Origin: an uncultured Methanosarcinaceae archaeon | GTDB lineage: Archaea; Halobacteriota; Methanosarcinia; Methanosarcinales; Methanosarcinaceae | Direction of reading: 5' to 3' | Assembly: GCA_963847185.1 (NCBI GenBank) | Contig: CAWJYV010000002.1 | Location: forward strand, 64,001-128,000 | DNA length: 64,000 nucleotides | In this document: one piece after another, positions 54,661 through 64,000 of the stretch | How the letters are laid out: each line of letters starts with the position of its first letter | How positions within the stretch are numbered: position 1 is the stretch's first letter | Made by a program: the position numbers and the translations under genes | Notes under the pieces: generated by a model | Told to the model about the DNA's origin: nothing | The model's input: only the letters and a program-made list of their open reading frames with translations | Database searches by the model: none

Positions 54661-55688
54661 TTTTTTAATTCCTCCGGATGCCCTTTTGAGGGTTGTTTCC
54701 TGTAACCTTCCCTATCAGAGAGGCATTCGATTAGCTCACCTACCCTTTCCGAGTACCACCCTTTTTTCACATACTGAGGGTAAATTGGCAGGCGTTCTCT
54801 CAATGAAATATTTCCCAGCTTTTTCTGTAAATCCCTTATATCCGGCCATTGGGCCTCTGGGTTGATCCAGTCTATGGTCAGAGGGGATATGCCCCCGAGG
54901 TCCGTTACCCCCTTTGAGATAAGGGCTTTTGGATCAATAAGATTTGGAGCAACCTGTACTGCAATGTCAATAGGCAGGATTTGTCTCGCAAGCATAATAG
55001 CATCAGTCATTTCCTCTGTTGTAGGCTCCGGAAAGTTTTCCATCGCTGTCCCGGGCTTTGGGGCAAAATTCTGAATAATAACCTCCTGAATGTGCCCGTA
55101 TGCTTTATGAAGGTCTGCTATAGCCTCAAGAGATTTTATTCTGTCTTCCCTGGTTTCTCCTATTCCTATAAGGAGGCCGGTAGTATAAGGAATCTGAAGT
55201 TTTCCGGCTTCCCGGATTGTATCAAGCCTGAGCTCCGGAACCTTGCCAGGGCAGTCCTTATGGGCATCAAGAACCGCGGTACTCTCAAGCATCAAGCCCA
55301 TACTCGCATTAAGAGGCTTTAAGGCTTCAAGTTCGGAGCGTGTCATAATTCCCGCATTCGTGTGAGGGAGGATACCAATATCGATTGCAGTTTCGCAGAG
55401 AAAAAGAAGATATTCCAGAGTCGAAGAATACCCAAGCTCTTTGAGCCATTTTCTATATTCCGGAACATCCTCTGCATGCTCTCCAAAAGTGAAAAGGGCT
55501 TCAGTACACCCTGCTTTCACTCCATTTTCGAGAACAGAAATAATTTCCTCAGGCTTCATGAGCCTGGCACCTGGCTGTCCGGGCTCTCGTTTAAAGCCGC
55601 AGTAAGCACAGCGGTTCCTGCAGATATTTGTAACCGGGATAAATACATTTTTTGAGTAAGTTACGAATTGGGAATTTTCCGGTGGAAT
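54657..55688 (-). CDS. cofG: FO synthase subunit CofG
   Basis: The frame stays open upstream of the ATG at 55559 and contains VTYSKNVFIPVTNICRNRCAYCGF; also PHTNAG, SMGLMLES, DLGGISP. The start codon is uncertain. Confidence 0.9.
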   Translation of the reverse strand: MPPENSQFVTYSKNVFIPVTNICRNRCAYCGFKREPGQPGARLMKPEEIISVLENGVKAGCTEALFTFGEHAEDVPEYRKWLKELGYSSTLEYLLFLCETAIDIGILPHTNAGIMTRSELEALKPLNASMGLMLESTAVLDAHKDCPGKVPELRLDTIREAGKLQIPYTTGLLIGIGETREDRIKSLEAIADLHKAYGHIQEVIIQNFAPKPGTAMENFPEPTTEEMTDAIMLARQILPIDIAVQVAPNLIDPKALISKGVTDLGGISPLTIDWINPEAQWPDIRDLQKKLGNISLRERLPIYPQYVKKGWYSERVGELIECLSDREGYRKQPSKGHPEELKK

Positions 55689-55721
55689 GGTAAAACACCT
55701 GTTGAGTTGTTTATTCCTGAA

Positions 55722-56999
55722 TTAGCCTAAGATTTTCTTCATGGTTGCAGCGACACCGAGAGCTACTCCTTCAACTTCAATGCCTCCTTTTCCTTTTGCT
55801 CCGTCTCCTACGACGTAAAGCCCTGGAATAGGAGTCTCATTACCCGGGTCCGTGCCAGAAGCTGCCCTGTTTACGGGCCAATCGTCATGATATGATTGAA
55901 TAAGCAGGACTTCATATTTCTTGCCAGGGAAAATATCTTTAAGATCTTTGAGCCCCATCTCGATTTCAGCCTCGAGATTCTTCACGTTTTCGGGAGCTAC
56001 GTGCTGGTGGGACATTGTAAGATGCTTGCCTGGAGGAGCCAGTTTAGGATCGATCTGCGTAACTTCATTGATTCCATTTACTCTTTTTGCATACGGGGTT
56101 AAGAGGACTCCTGAATGGCCTACCAGAGGCTCGTCTGCAGCAAGGCAAATCTTTATTCCGGCAGAGGGTTTCAGGGTCTTAAGCATCCTGAGATAACCTG
56201 AATATTTCTCTCCGGCCAGGGCTTCGCTACAGAGATATGCGGTTGCGGCATGTCCCAGATTACTGATAATCAGATCTGCCTCATGGGCTTTATCCCCGGC
56301 AATGATACCTGACGCTCGTTCATTTTCCACAAGAATTTTTGAGACTTCGGTTTTAGTATATATCCTTCCGCCGTTTGCAGCAATCACGGATTCCAGAGCA
56401 TCGGTCACTCCCTTGCATCCGCCAACCGGTACACCAGGGCCGCCACACCTGTACATGTTCTCAATGATCTCAAAAACCTCTTCTACAGAAACTTCGTCAC
56501 TTCTCAGGCTCAGAGCCCAGCCGCAAAAAGAATCGGCAAATTTCACAAGCCATTCATCCTTAAACTGCTTCCCAAGCCATGCCTGTAGAGTACTTCCTGT
56601 CGGACGGTTCTTTCTGGTACTTACTACAAGGAGGGCAAGCTTCAGGCGGTCCTTGTGGGAAAGAGGCGTGGCAAAATCAGTAAAAGAAATATCCTTAAAG
56701 CCTTTTGCATAATCCGAATCACTTTTTTTGAGAGGAATACGTACAAATGTCTGTTCTGCCCTCATTATCTTAACATCAGCTTTAACCTCATTAAGGAGTT
56801 GAGCAAGAGGGCCTGAGGGTCCATGGGGAAGAATATGGAAAGCTCCGCTGGAAAGCTGAAAGCCTTTGTAGTTGAGATTTGTAAACCTTCCTCCTATAAT
56901 TGGAAGTCTCTCAAAAACATCAACCTCATATCCTGCCTGTGAGAGCCTGGCAGCACTTAAGAGTCCACCTAGGCCCGCACCAATAACAATCGCTTTCAT
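55722..56999 (-). CDS. Phytoene-desaturase-family FAD oxidoreductase (possible second geranylgeranyl reductase)
   Basis: IGAGLGGL..A, FER...GGR, SSGAFH, GLYVVGD. Confidence 0.75.
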   Translation of the reverse strand: MKAIVIGAGLGGLLSAARLSQAGYEVDVFERLPIIGGRFTNLNYKGFQLSSGAFHILPHGPSGPLAQLLNEVKADVKIMRAEQTFVRIPLKKSDSDYAKGFKDISFTDFATPLSHKDRLKLALLVVSTRKNRPTGSTLQAWLGKQFKDEWLVKFADSFCGWALSLRSDEVSVEEVFEIIENMYRCGGPGVPVGGCKGVTDALESVIAANGGRIYTKTEVSKILVENERASGIIAGDKAHEADLIISNLGHAATAYLCSEALAGEKYSGYLRMLKTLKPSAGIKICLAADEPLVGHSGVLLTPYAKRVNGINEVTQIDPKLAPPGKHLTMSHQHVAPENVKNLEAEIEMGLKDLKDIFPGKKYEVLLIQSYHDDWPVNRAASGTDPGNETPIPGLYVVGDGAKGKGGIEVEGVALGVAATMKKILG

Positions 57000-57157
57000 A
57001 CCGACACCTCTATAGCCTTAACAGGGCAGTAGAGAACACAGATTCCACACTCTACGCAGGCTTTAGTAGTCTGTGCTTTTCCCTTTACCAATATTGCTTC
57101 TTTCTTACAAAAAGAAGCACACTGGCCGCACCCTACACAGTTGTCATTAATCTTCAT
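56996..57157 (-). CDS. 2x[4Fe-4S] ferredoxin (53 aa, not in the ORF track)
   Basis: MKINDNCVGCGQCASFCKKEAI...CVECGICVLYCPVKAIEVSV*; the stop overlaps the next ATG (ATGA). Confidence 0.88.
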   Translation of the reverse strand: MKINDNCVGCGQCASFCKKEAILVKGKAQTTKACVECGICVLYCPVKAIEVSV

Positions 57158-58175
57158 GTGAGTCCACCAGCCTTTTTATCATGAAAAGAGTTATTATAAT
57201 GTATTGGTATAGTGTGTTTCTTCACCTGTGTTCTCAAGATTGAGTCGGAAGCGCGATTTCTTTTTTCTATCAATTTGGCAATTATTAGCTTTAATAGATA
57301 GATATATATTATACATTTATTTTCGACGAATTATATTAATCTGTGACGTTTTGTAGAGTTGTCTATAAAGTTCCTTTCTGCCTCTTAAAAACAAAATAGG
57401 ACATTTCCTTTCTCCTATCTAAGGCAGGAGACTCTCAAACATTTTCAGTCCCTTACTATTTTTATTTTAAAAGTCAGCTCAGAAGCTTTTCACCTGTTGA
57501 ATTCATCATAATTATTCATAATATATACGGAGTTTTTTTAATCGGATTAAAAATAATTAAGTTACATATATAAATCTTATTTCTCACCGGAAAAAATCCG
57601 GATTTACGGCAGATTATTTTATAAATTATCAAAACAATAAAAAGAGAATAAGATATTTATGGTGTATATATAATTTCGTGAACTGGTCACTGCTTTTCCT
57701 CTACTTTTTTTAAACATGTCTATATTTTAAAGACTGATTTTTAATTATTTAGACTTAATATTTATATAATATTAATTATCTAGCAAATATCTATAAATAA
57801 CCCCTCATTCATTTGCAGAATTGAATCCAACTGTTTGTAATCTTAATTATTAATTATACTAATCTCACTGTAATTTGATCTAGCAGCCGGGAAGGGTACT
57901 TTTCCTTACTTCTGGCAGTTTATGATAAAAGATCGGGCAAAGAAAAAAATTTCAGAGCCCGAAAGTCAAGCCTGTATTAATATAGATTCTTATTTCCTGA
58001 AAAATAAAGAAACTATGGATACAGGTGAATCTTGAAGGGCCTGTGTCCGGACCGATTATTATTTTGTGTAAAGTCGGGTAGTCGGACATAGTTTTTTAGT
58101 CCAGATAATAAAAACCCACATTTCAGGTCATGTAATGCTGCAATTTCAGATTGCTGCACTTTAATAGGTGATATA

Positions 58176-58550
58176 ATGTCTGGAATAATTGATAGCTATA
58201 TACCGGTTGCAATATTTCTTGTCCTGGCACTTGTTATGCCGCCAATGACAATGTTTATGGTAAAGCAGCTGAGTCCGAGGAGCAAAGCAGCTAATAAATA
58301 CACAACATATGAATCGGGTTCTATTCCCACAGGAACTGCCAGGATTCAGTTCAATGTCGAGTATTATCTTTATGCAATTGCTTTTGTTCTTTTTGATGTA
58401 GAGGTGCTTTTCCTTTACCCGTGGGCTACTGTTTATAAGGGGCACGGGATCACCTCAATCGCGGTAATCGAAATGTTTGCGTTTATCTTCATACTTCTCT
58501 TTGGATACGTCTATCTCTGGAAGAAGGAGGCCCTTACATGGGTGAAGTAA
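58176..58550 (+). CDS. fpoA: F420H2:phenazine oxidoreductase subunit A
   Basis: NuoA-like YESG, FVLFDVE; first gene of the operon. Confidence 0.93.
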   Translation: MSGIIDSYIPVAIFLVLALVMPPMTMFMVKQLSPRSKAANKYTTYESGSIPTGTARIQFNVEYYLYAIAFVLFDVEVLFLYPWATVYKGHGITSIAVIEMFAFIFILLFGYVYLWKKEALTWVK

Positions 58551-59092
58551 AGGAGAAAAAAACGAGTACATCAAATGAAATCTCTGACGAAGAAATCCCT
58601 GGCGTGATCACAACAACAACCAGTGCAATCCACAACTTCCTTAAGAAAACTAAGGCTCAGGATCTGATCAACTGGGGAAGGAAAAATTCGCTCTGGTTTA
58701 TGACCCAGCCAATGGGCTGCTGCGGAGTAGAGATGATCGCTACAGGCTGTGCTCATTATGATACCGACCGTTTTGGGATAATTCCGAGAAACTCTCCAAG
58801 ACAGGCTGATGTCATGATTATCAGTGGGTACGTGACGAAGAAATACCTGCCATCATTGAAGAGGCTCTGGGAGCAGATGCCTTCTCCAAAGTGGGTAATC
58901 TGTATGGGAGATTGTTCGATAAGCGGAGGGCCGTTCTACGAATCATACAGTACAGTGCAGAACATTGACGAGCTCTTTCCGATTGATGTATTTATTCCGG
59001 GATGTCCACCCAGGCCCGAAGCCCTGCTTCAGGGATTTGTGGAACTGCAGGAAAAAATAAAGGCCAAAAAAGACCGGGGAACAGAGTACTGA
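58538..59092 (+). CDS. fpoB: Fpo subunit B
   Basis: GCCGVEM, SPRQAD, PGCPPRPE. Confidence 0.95.
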   Translation: MGEVKEKKTSTSNEISDEEIPGVITTTTSAIHNFLKKTKAQDLINWGRKNSLWFMTQPMGCCGVEMIATGCAHYDTDRFGIIPRNSPRQADVMIISGYVTKKYLPSLKRLWEQMPSPKWVICMGDCSISGGPFYESYSTVQNIDELFPIDVFIPGCPPRPEALLQGFVELQEKIKAKKDRGTEY

Positions 59093-59128
59093 AATCTTTC
59101 TGATTTTTTGAGAATCGAGGTAAAAATT

Positions 59129-59605
59129 ATGGATGCCAGCACGATTATCGAATCATTAACCGGCGCATTTCCGGAAGTAATTTCCGGAGCTGAGGTCGAA
59201 TCCCCTATCCGCATAAGGGCATATGTGGACAAGGAGAAAGCAAAAGAAGTCTGTCAGTACCTGAAAGATTCCCTTCAATTCGACCACCTCTGCTCAGTCT
59301 GCGGGGTAGATTACATAAAAAGGAATGAGATAGAAGCTGTCTATCACATTGCTTCATACGACCATCCCGTAGTACTGACGCTCAAGGCCGTACTTCCGAG
59401 AGAAGGCCCGGAAATCGAATCCATTGTATCTGTGTACTGGAATGCAAACTGGTATGAAAGGGAAACTTACGAACTCTTCGGGGTTATGTTCAAAAACCAC
59501 CCTAACCTGAAGCCACTTGTACTTCCGGAAGATATGCTGGGTGAATGGCCCCTGAGAAAAGATTACAAGGGTTTTCCGAATACGACAGCCAGAAACCTGG
59601 TGTGA
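59129..59605 (+). CDS. fpoC: Fpo subunit C
   Basis: ANWYERE.YELFG..F.NHP, PLRKDY. Confidence 0.93.
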   Translation: MDASTIIESLTGAFPEVISGAEVESPIRIRAYVDKEKAKEVCQYLKDSLQFDHLCSVCGVDYIKRNEIEAVYHIASYDHPVVLTLKAVLPREGPEIESIVSVYWNANWYERETYELFGVMFKNHPNLKPLVLPEDMLGEWPLRKDYKGFPNTTARNLV

Positions 59606-59614
59606 GGGTGAAAA

Positions 59615-60739
59615 ATGGAAGAAATGCTTGGACCAAATGAGATGATTGTACACCTGGGCCCTCAACATCCTATGCAGCCCGGACCCTTCAGGCTAAACCT
59701 GAAGTTAAAAGGGGAAACAGTAATGGGTGCTGAGATTGAGCTGGGTTTTATTCACAAAGGGATTGAAAAAATTCTGGAGAACAAGACCTATCTTCAGGGA
59801 ATTACAATCGTGGACAGGATCTGCTACCTTGTGGCCCTTGTAAACGAAGAATGTTTTGTAGGCTGCACTGAGAAACTATTAGGTATCGAGCCTCCAGAGA
59901 GAGCTCAGTATATCAGGGTAATTGTTGAGGAACTCACAAGAATTCAAAGTCACCTGCTCGGTATGGGTGAATTCGGAGAATTCATTGGTTTTGTTTCCAT
60001 GTTCATGTACACTATCAGGGAAAGAGAAGAGATTCTCGGCCTGATTGATATGGTAACAGGAGCCAGAATCACTCACAGCTATCTGAAATTCGGAGGGGTA
60101 CGTGAAGATCTCCCAGATGGGTTCAAAGAAAAAGCAATTCCTGTCCTGAATAACCTCAAAAAATCAGTCAACGATTTTGAAGAAATGTTTCATACTGACA
60201 GAATCTACAGGGAACGTACTGTAGGAGTCGGGGTCCTGACCGCAGATGTCGCAAAAAGCCTTGGAGTATCCGGGCCTGCACTGCGTGCAACTGGTGTACC
60301 TTTTGATATCAGGAAGAATGAACCTTACCTGGTTTACAAAGATCTGGACTTCACGGTCTGCACTGAAAAAGAAGGAGACTGTTTTGCAAGAGTTCAGCTC
60401 AGGCTTAATGAGATAAGGGAAAGCATCTACATCCTTGAACAGTGCCTTGACAGAATACCAAACGGACCCATATTCCCTGAAAACACTCCGTATGGCAGGA
60501 GGACACCTGTAATGAGAGTTCCGGCTGGAGAGGTTTTCCACAGAGTAGAAGACCCCAGAGGAGAAATGGGAATGTACATGGTCTCCGACGGTTCGGATAA
60601 GCCATACAGGGTAAAAGTTAGAGGCCCTTATTACCCAACCTTGCAGGCTCTACCCCCACTCATAATAGGCACCACGGTTGCAGACGTAGCAGCTATTTCC
60701 GGCAGCATGGACGGCTGTACCAGTGAAGCAGACAGGTGA
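59615..60739 (+). CDS. fpoD: Fpo subunit D
   Basis: GPQHP, HKGIEK, DRICY, PRGE. Confidence 0.95.
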   Translation: MEEMLGPNEMIVHLGPQHPMQPGPFRLNLKLKGETVMGAEIELGFIHKGIEKILENKTYLQGITIVDRICYLVALVNEECFVGCTEKLLGIEPPERAQYIRVIVEELTRIQSHLLGMGEFGEFIGFVSMFMYTIREREEILGLIDMVTGARITHSYLKFGGVREDLPDGFKEKAIPVLNNLKKSVNDFEEMFHTDRIYRERTVGVGVLTADVAKSLGVSGPALRATGVPFDIRKNEPYLVYKDLDFTVCTEKEGDCFARVQLRLNEIRESIYILEQCLDRIPNGPIFPENTPYGRRTPVMRVPAGEVFHRVEDPRGEMGMYMVSDGSDKPYRVKVRGPYYPTLQALPPLIIGTTVADVAAISGSMDGCTSEADR

Positions 60740-61785
60740 TTATAGTGGCAATAGAATTTCCTGAATTTATAATTCCTTTTCTCCCCTGGATCCGCGGGAT
60801 AGTCGGCCTCTCTCTTGTAGGAGTAATATTCATGGGAGCAATGGGAGCTGTCTGGCTAGAACGAAAGCTTTCCGCAGATATTCAGAACAGGATGGGACCC
60901 TGCCGCGTAGGAAAATACGGACTTCTGCAACTTGTAGCCGATGCAATCAAACTCTTTACTAAAGAAGACTTAAAGCCTTTCAATGCTGACAGTTTACTTT
61001 TCAATAATGCAAATATTTTCATGATGGGCTCTATTTTTCTTATGCTGGTTGCAATTCCTGTGGGCGCTGTTTTCGTTAATGGGGTCGAGTATCCATTAGC
61101 TGTCACCGAGATGGATATAAGTGTGCTTTATATTGAAGCAATGTCAGCAATCTCCATTTTCGGAATTTTCATGATAGCCTACGGTTCGAACAATAAGTAT
61201 TCCCTTCTCGGAGCATTTCGAAACTTCGCCCGAATGGTCGGGTACGAGGTGCCTCTGGGATTAACCGTTGTAAGTGTAGCTATTATGACAGGTTCCCTTA
61301 ACATAATTGACATCTCGAGATCTCAGGGCCTGCTCTGGAATATCTTTTTGCAGCCCATAGGATGCTTTGTATTCTTCGTATCTCTTATGGCCGATATGGG
61401 CCGACTTCCCTTTGACCAGAATGAGTCAGAAGAAGAACTGGTCGCAGGATGGATTACCGAATACTGTGGAATGCGTTTTGGACTTGCTTTCTTTGCGGAG
61501 TATATCCATATGATCCTGGGTTCCTTCCTTGTAGCCCTGCTCTTTCTTGGCGGCTGGAATGTACCAGGCTTTATTGCAAACAACCCTGTGCTTGGCCTTA
61601 TTGCCCCAACAGGTTTCTTGCTTGTAAAAGTTGTCTTCGTGCTGATGGTAATTATAGGGATGAGGTGGGCTGTTCCGAGGTTCAGAATTGACCAGGTTGT
61701 TGACCTGAGCTGGAAGAAACTGTTTCCTCTGGCTATGCTAAACCTTGTCTGGGCAGTAGGGCTCGGACTCTACCTGGGAGCGTGA
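60736..61785 (+). CDS. fpoH: Fpo subunit H
   Basis: ERK..A.IQ.R.GP, ADAIKL..KE, PFD..ESE.ELVAG, PRFRIDQ. Confidence 0.95.
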   Translation: MIIVAIEFPEFIIPFLPWIRGIVGLSLVGVIFMGAMGAVWLERKLSADIQNRMGPCRVGKYGLLQLVADAIKLFTKEDLKPFNADSLLFNNANIFMMGSIFLMLVAIPVGAVFVNGVEYPLAVTEMDISVLYIEAMSAISIFGIFMIAYGSNNKYSLLGAFRNFARMVGYEVPLGLTVVSVAIMTGSLNIIDISRSQGLLWNIFLQPIGCFVFFVSLMADMGRLPFDQNESEEELVAGWITEYCGMRFGLAFFAEYIHMILGSFLVALLFLGGWNVPGFIANNPVLGLIAPTGFLLVKVVFVLMVIIGMRWAVPRFRIDQVVDLSWKKLFPLAMLNLVWAVGLGLYLGA

Positions 61786-61791
61786 GAGATC

Positions 61792-62202
61792 ATGGTTCTT
61801 AAAAACATTAAGTATGCAATTAAAAACATCCCCAAGCCTCCCGTAACCAGGATGTATCCTGAAAAATGCACCGAACTCTCAGATCGGTTCAGGGGGCTTC
61901 AGATACTTGATAAAAGTAAATGCATAGGCTGTGGCATTTGCGCCAATACCTGCCCTAATGCTGCAATCAAGATAGTAAAAGCTCCGATTGCACCAGGCAG
62001 CGAGAAAAAACGCTGGTTTCCCCAGATTGACATAGGACACTGCCTTTTTTGTGGACTTTGTATCGATCAGTGCCCGAAAGGCGCGCTTTCCAGCGGCAAA
62101 GAATACACTAAAGGCGTCATAAAATGGAAGCACAAAGATCTGCTTATAACTCCTGATAAGCTCGCCAGGGAAGTTGATCTTGAGGAAGGTGATGAGAGAT
62201 GA
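61792..62202 (+). CDS. fpoI: Fpo subunit I
   Basis: CIGCGICANTCP and CLFCGLCIDQCP. Confidence 0.95.
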   Translation: MVLKNIKYAIKNIPKPPVTRMYPEKCTELSDRFRGLQILDKSKCIGCGICANTCPNAAIKIVKAPIAPGSEKKRWFPQIDIGHCLFCGLCIDQCPKGALSSGKEYTKGVIKWKHKDLLITPDKLAREVDLEEGDER

Positions 62203-62495
62203 TCGGGCTTGAGCTTGAAACAATCGGAGCAGCTCTGCAAATGGCAGTCTTCGGACTTCTTGCTATTATCACGGTATTCTTTGCAATTTTTGTAGTAATC
62301 GCAAAGGACGTTGTAAGAGCCGGACTTGCCCTTATTATGTGCATGTTCGGTGTTGCAGCATTTTACATTCTCTTAAACGCCCAGTTCATGGGAGTTATTC
62401 AGGTCCTGGTTTATATCGGAGCAATCGGAGTGCTGATTCTCTTTGCAGTTATGCTGACAAAGCGCGAGATAGGAGGTGGATCAGGTGCAGATTAA
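62199..62495 (+). CDS. fpoJ1: Fpo subunit J (N-terminal part)
   Basis: NuoJ N-terminal QVLVYIGAIGVL. Confidence 0.9.
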   Translation: MIGLELETIGAALQMAVFGLLAIITVFFAIFVVIAKDVVRAGLALIMCMFGVAAFYILLNAQFMGVIQVLVYIGAIGVLILFAVMLTKREIGGGSGAD

Positions 62496-62736
62496 TCGGC
62501 CTTTAGCCTTTCTTGTAGCCCTGCTCTTTGTTGCAGTTATTGTAATAGGGGCTTTTGGGACTTCCTGGAACACGGTCTCAGAACTGCCACAGAACTCAAC
62601 CGACCAGAGTAATATAGAGGGCATAGGTATGCTACTCTTTACTCAGTATGTGGTGCCTTTCGAAATTCTGTCAATTGTCCTGCTTGCATCCCTTATCGGC
62701 GCAATCTATATGGCAAAAGGGGAGGGTAACAGATGA
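62476..62736 (+). CDS. fpoJ2: Fpo subunit J (C-terminal part)
   Basis: [19 protein letters not shown]. Confidence 0.88.
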   Translation: MDQVQINRPLAFLVALLFVAVIVIGAFGTSWNTVSELPQNSTDQSNIEGIGMLLFTQYVVPFEILSIVLLASLIGAIYMAKGEGNR

Positions 62737-63035
62737 TTCCTTTAAACTTTTACCTTGGACTTTCAGCCCTGCTCTTCTCCATCGGACTTTATGGTGTAAT
62801 GACACATAAAAGCGGCATCAGAATAATTATGTGCATTGAGCTGATGCTCAACTCCGCAAACCTGAACCTTGTAGCTTTTTCAAGTTACACGGATACCTTG
62901 AACGGGCAGGTTTTTGCCATGTTCTCAATAGCCCTAGCAGCTGCTGAAGCAGCAGTCGGGTTTGCGATCTTTATGGCAATTTACAGAATGCACGGTAAGA
63001 TTAACCTTGATGAGCTCAACATCCTGAGGTGGTAA
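62733..63035 (+). CDS. fpoK: Fpo subunit K
   Basis: [19 protein letters not shown]. Confidence 0.95.
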   Translation: MIPLNFYLGLSALLFSIGLYGVMTHKSGIRIIMCIELMLNSANLNLVAFSSYTDTLNGQVFAMFSIALAAAEAAVGFAIFMAIYRMHGKINLDELNILRW

Positions 63036-64000
63036 AAACGGCTCTGGAAGAATTTGCATTTTTAATCCCCCTGCTTCCGGCACTGGCTTTTGTGATTACT
63101 TTCTTCTTCGGTAAGAAAATGCCCTCAGGAGGGGCAATAGTTCCTATACTTGCAATTGCCACCTCTTTTGTAATCTCTTTCATGATTACACTCAGATTGC
63201 TGGCAAATCCCGAAGAAGTCGTAAGTCAGTCCTATTCCTGGTTTGCAGCGCTCAATATAGGAGTATTAATCGATCCCCTGGCTGCAGTTATGCTGTCAAT
63301 GGTCTCCTTTGTGAGTCTGCTGATCCATATCTATGCAGTTAGTTATATGTCCCATGATCCCGGAAAAGCCAGATATTTTGCAGAAACCGCACTCTTCACA
63401 GCGGCAATGCTTTCCCTGATTCTCTCGGATAACATTCTGCAGCTCTTTGTTTCCTGGGAGCTTGTTGGTCTATGTTCCTTCCTGCTTATCGGGTTCTGGT
63501 TTGAAAAACCCTCGGCTGCAGCTGCTGCCAAGAAAGCTTTCCTTACAACCAGGATCGGAGACGTAATGTTCCTTTCAGGAATTATCCTGTTGACCTCCGA
63601 TCTTCTGAAACTTGCCGGCGGATTCCATGATGGAACATATCTGCTTCGTTTTGACGAAATCTTCAGTTATATCCCCCAGCTTTCAGCCCTGCAGGCAAAC
63701 ATTTTCGGCTTTGAAGTAAGCCACCTTACTATTATCACCCTGCTCTTCTTCGGTGGAGCAGTAGGAAAATCCGGGCAGTTCCCGCTGCATGTGTGGCTCC
63801 CTGATGCAATGGAAGGTCCGACAACCGTCTCAGCTCTCATCCATGCAGCAACAATGGTTACTGCCGGTGTTTATCTGGTAGCAAGAACCTTCCCAATGTT
63901 TCTCGCAGCCCCTGATTCCCTGATGGTAGTTGCCTATCTTGGAGGCTTTACAGCTCTCTTTGCAGGTACCATGGGAATTGTGATGAATGACCTTAAGCGT
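63029..64000 (+). CDS. fpoL: Fpo subunit L (partial, runs off the window)
   Basis: GTG at 63029; [50 protein letters not shown]. Confidence 0.93.
   Translation, partial: MVKTALEEFAFLIPLLPALAFVITFFFGKKMPSGGAIVPILAIATSFVISFMITLRLLANPEEVVSQSYSWFAALNIGVLIDPLAAVMLSMVSFVSLLIHIYAVSYMSHDPGKARYFAETALFTAAMLSLILSDNILQLFVSWELVGLCSFLLIGFWFEKPSAAAAAKKAFLTTRIGDVMFLSGIILLTSDLLKLAGGFHDGTYLLRFDEIFSYIPQLSALQANIFGFEVSHLTIITLLFFGGAVGKSGQFPLHVWLPDAMEGPTTVSALIHAATMVTAGVYLVARTFPMFLAAPDSLMVVAYLGGFTALFAGTMGIVMNDLKR

Noticed and set aside
62199-62736. Split fpoJ as a frameshift or pseudogene
   Set aside because: The J1/J2 split is the normal arrangement in Methanosarcina fpo operons.

Overview
Archaeal chromosome segment. 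Gene content and order (fpo operon, cofC/G/H, mfnDEF, grpE-dnaK-dnaJ-trkA, YVTN and PGF-CTERM surface proteins) point to Methanosarcina. The backbone is housekeeping: engB, DHH phosphoesterase, Nif3, thiI, tRNA-Ala(CGC), EF-1beta, methanofuran and F420 biosynthesis, the Hsp70 locus, lipid reductases with ferredoxins, and fpoA-L. Three accessory regions stand out. (1) A ~10 kb region (about 1476-11515) between the DHH gene and engB carries three copies of the DHH 3' end and two copies of the same small ORF. This suggests two related elements integrated one after the other into the DHH gene. The larger one carries a 1412-aa NLR-like protein (HD-type domain, inactive restriction-endonuclease-like fold, NACHT, pentapeptide and WD40 repeats), a candidate archaeal antiviral system. 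(2) A possible decayed island at the tRNA-Ala 3' end holds a YVTN protein and an M13 peptidase. (3) A potassium-uptake cluster lies between dnaJ and trkA: kdpABC, a KdpD without a histidine kinase domain and with no kdpE, and a KimA-like permease. Several single-base frameshifts and C-depleted stretches suggest local assembly errors. All domain calls come from motif recognition by eye, not database searches.
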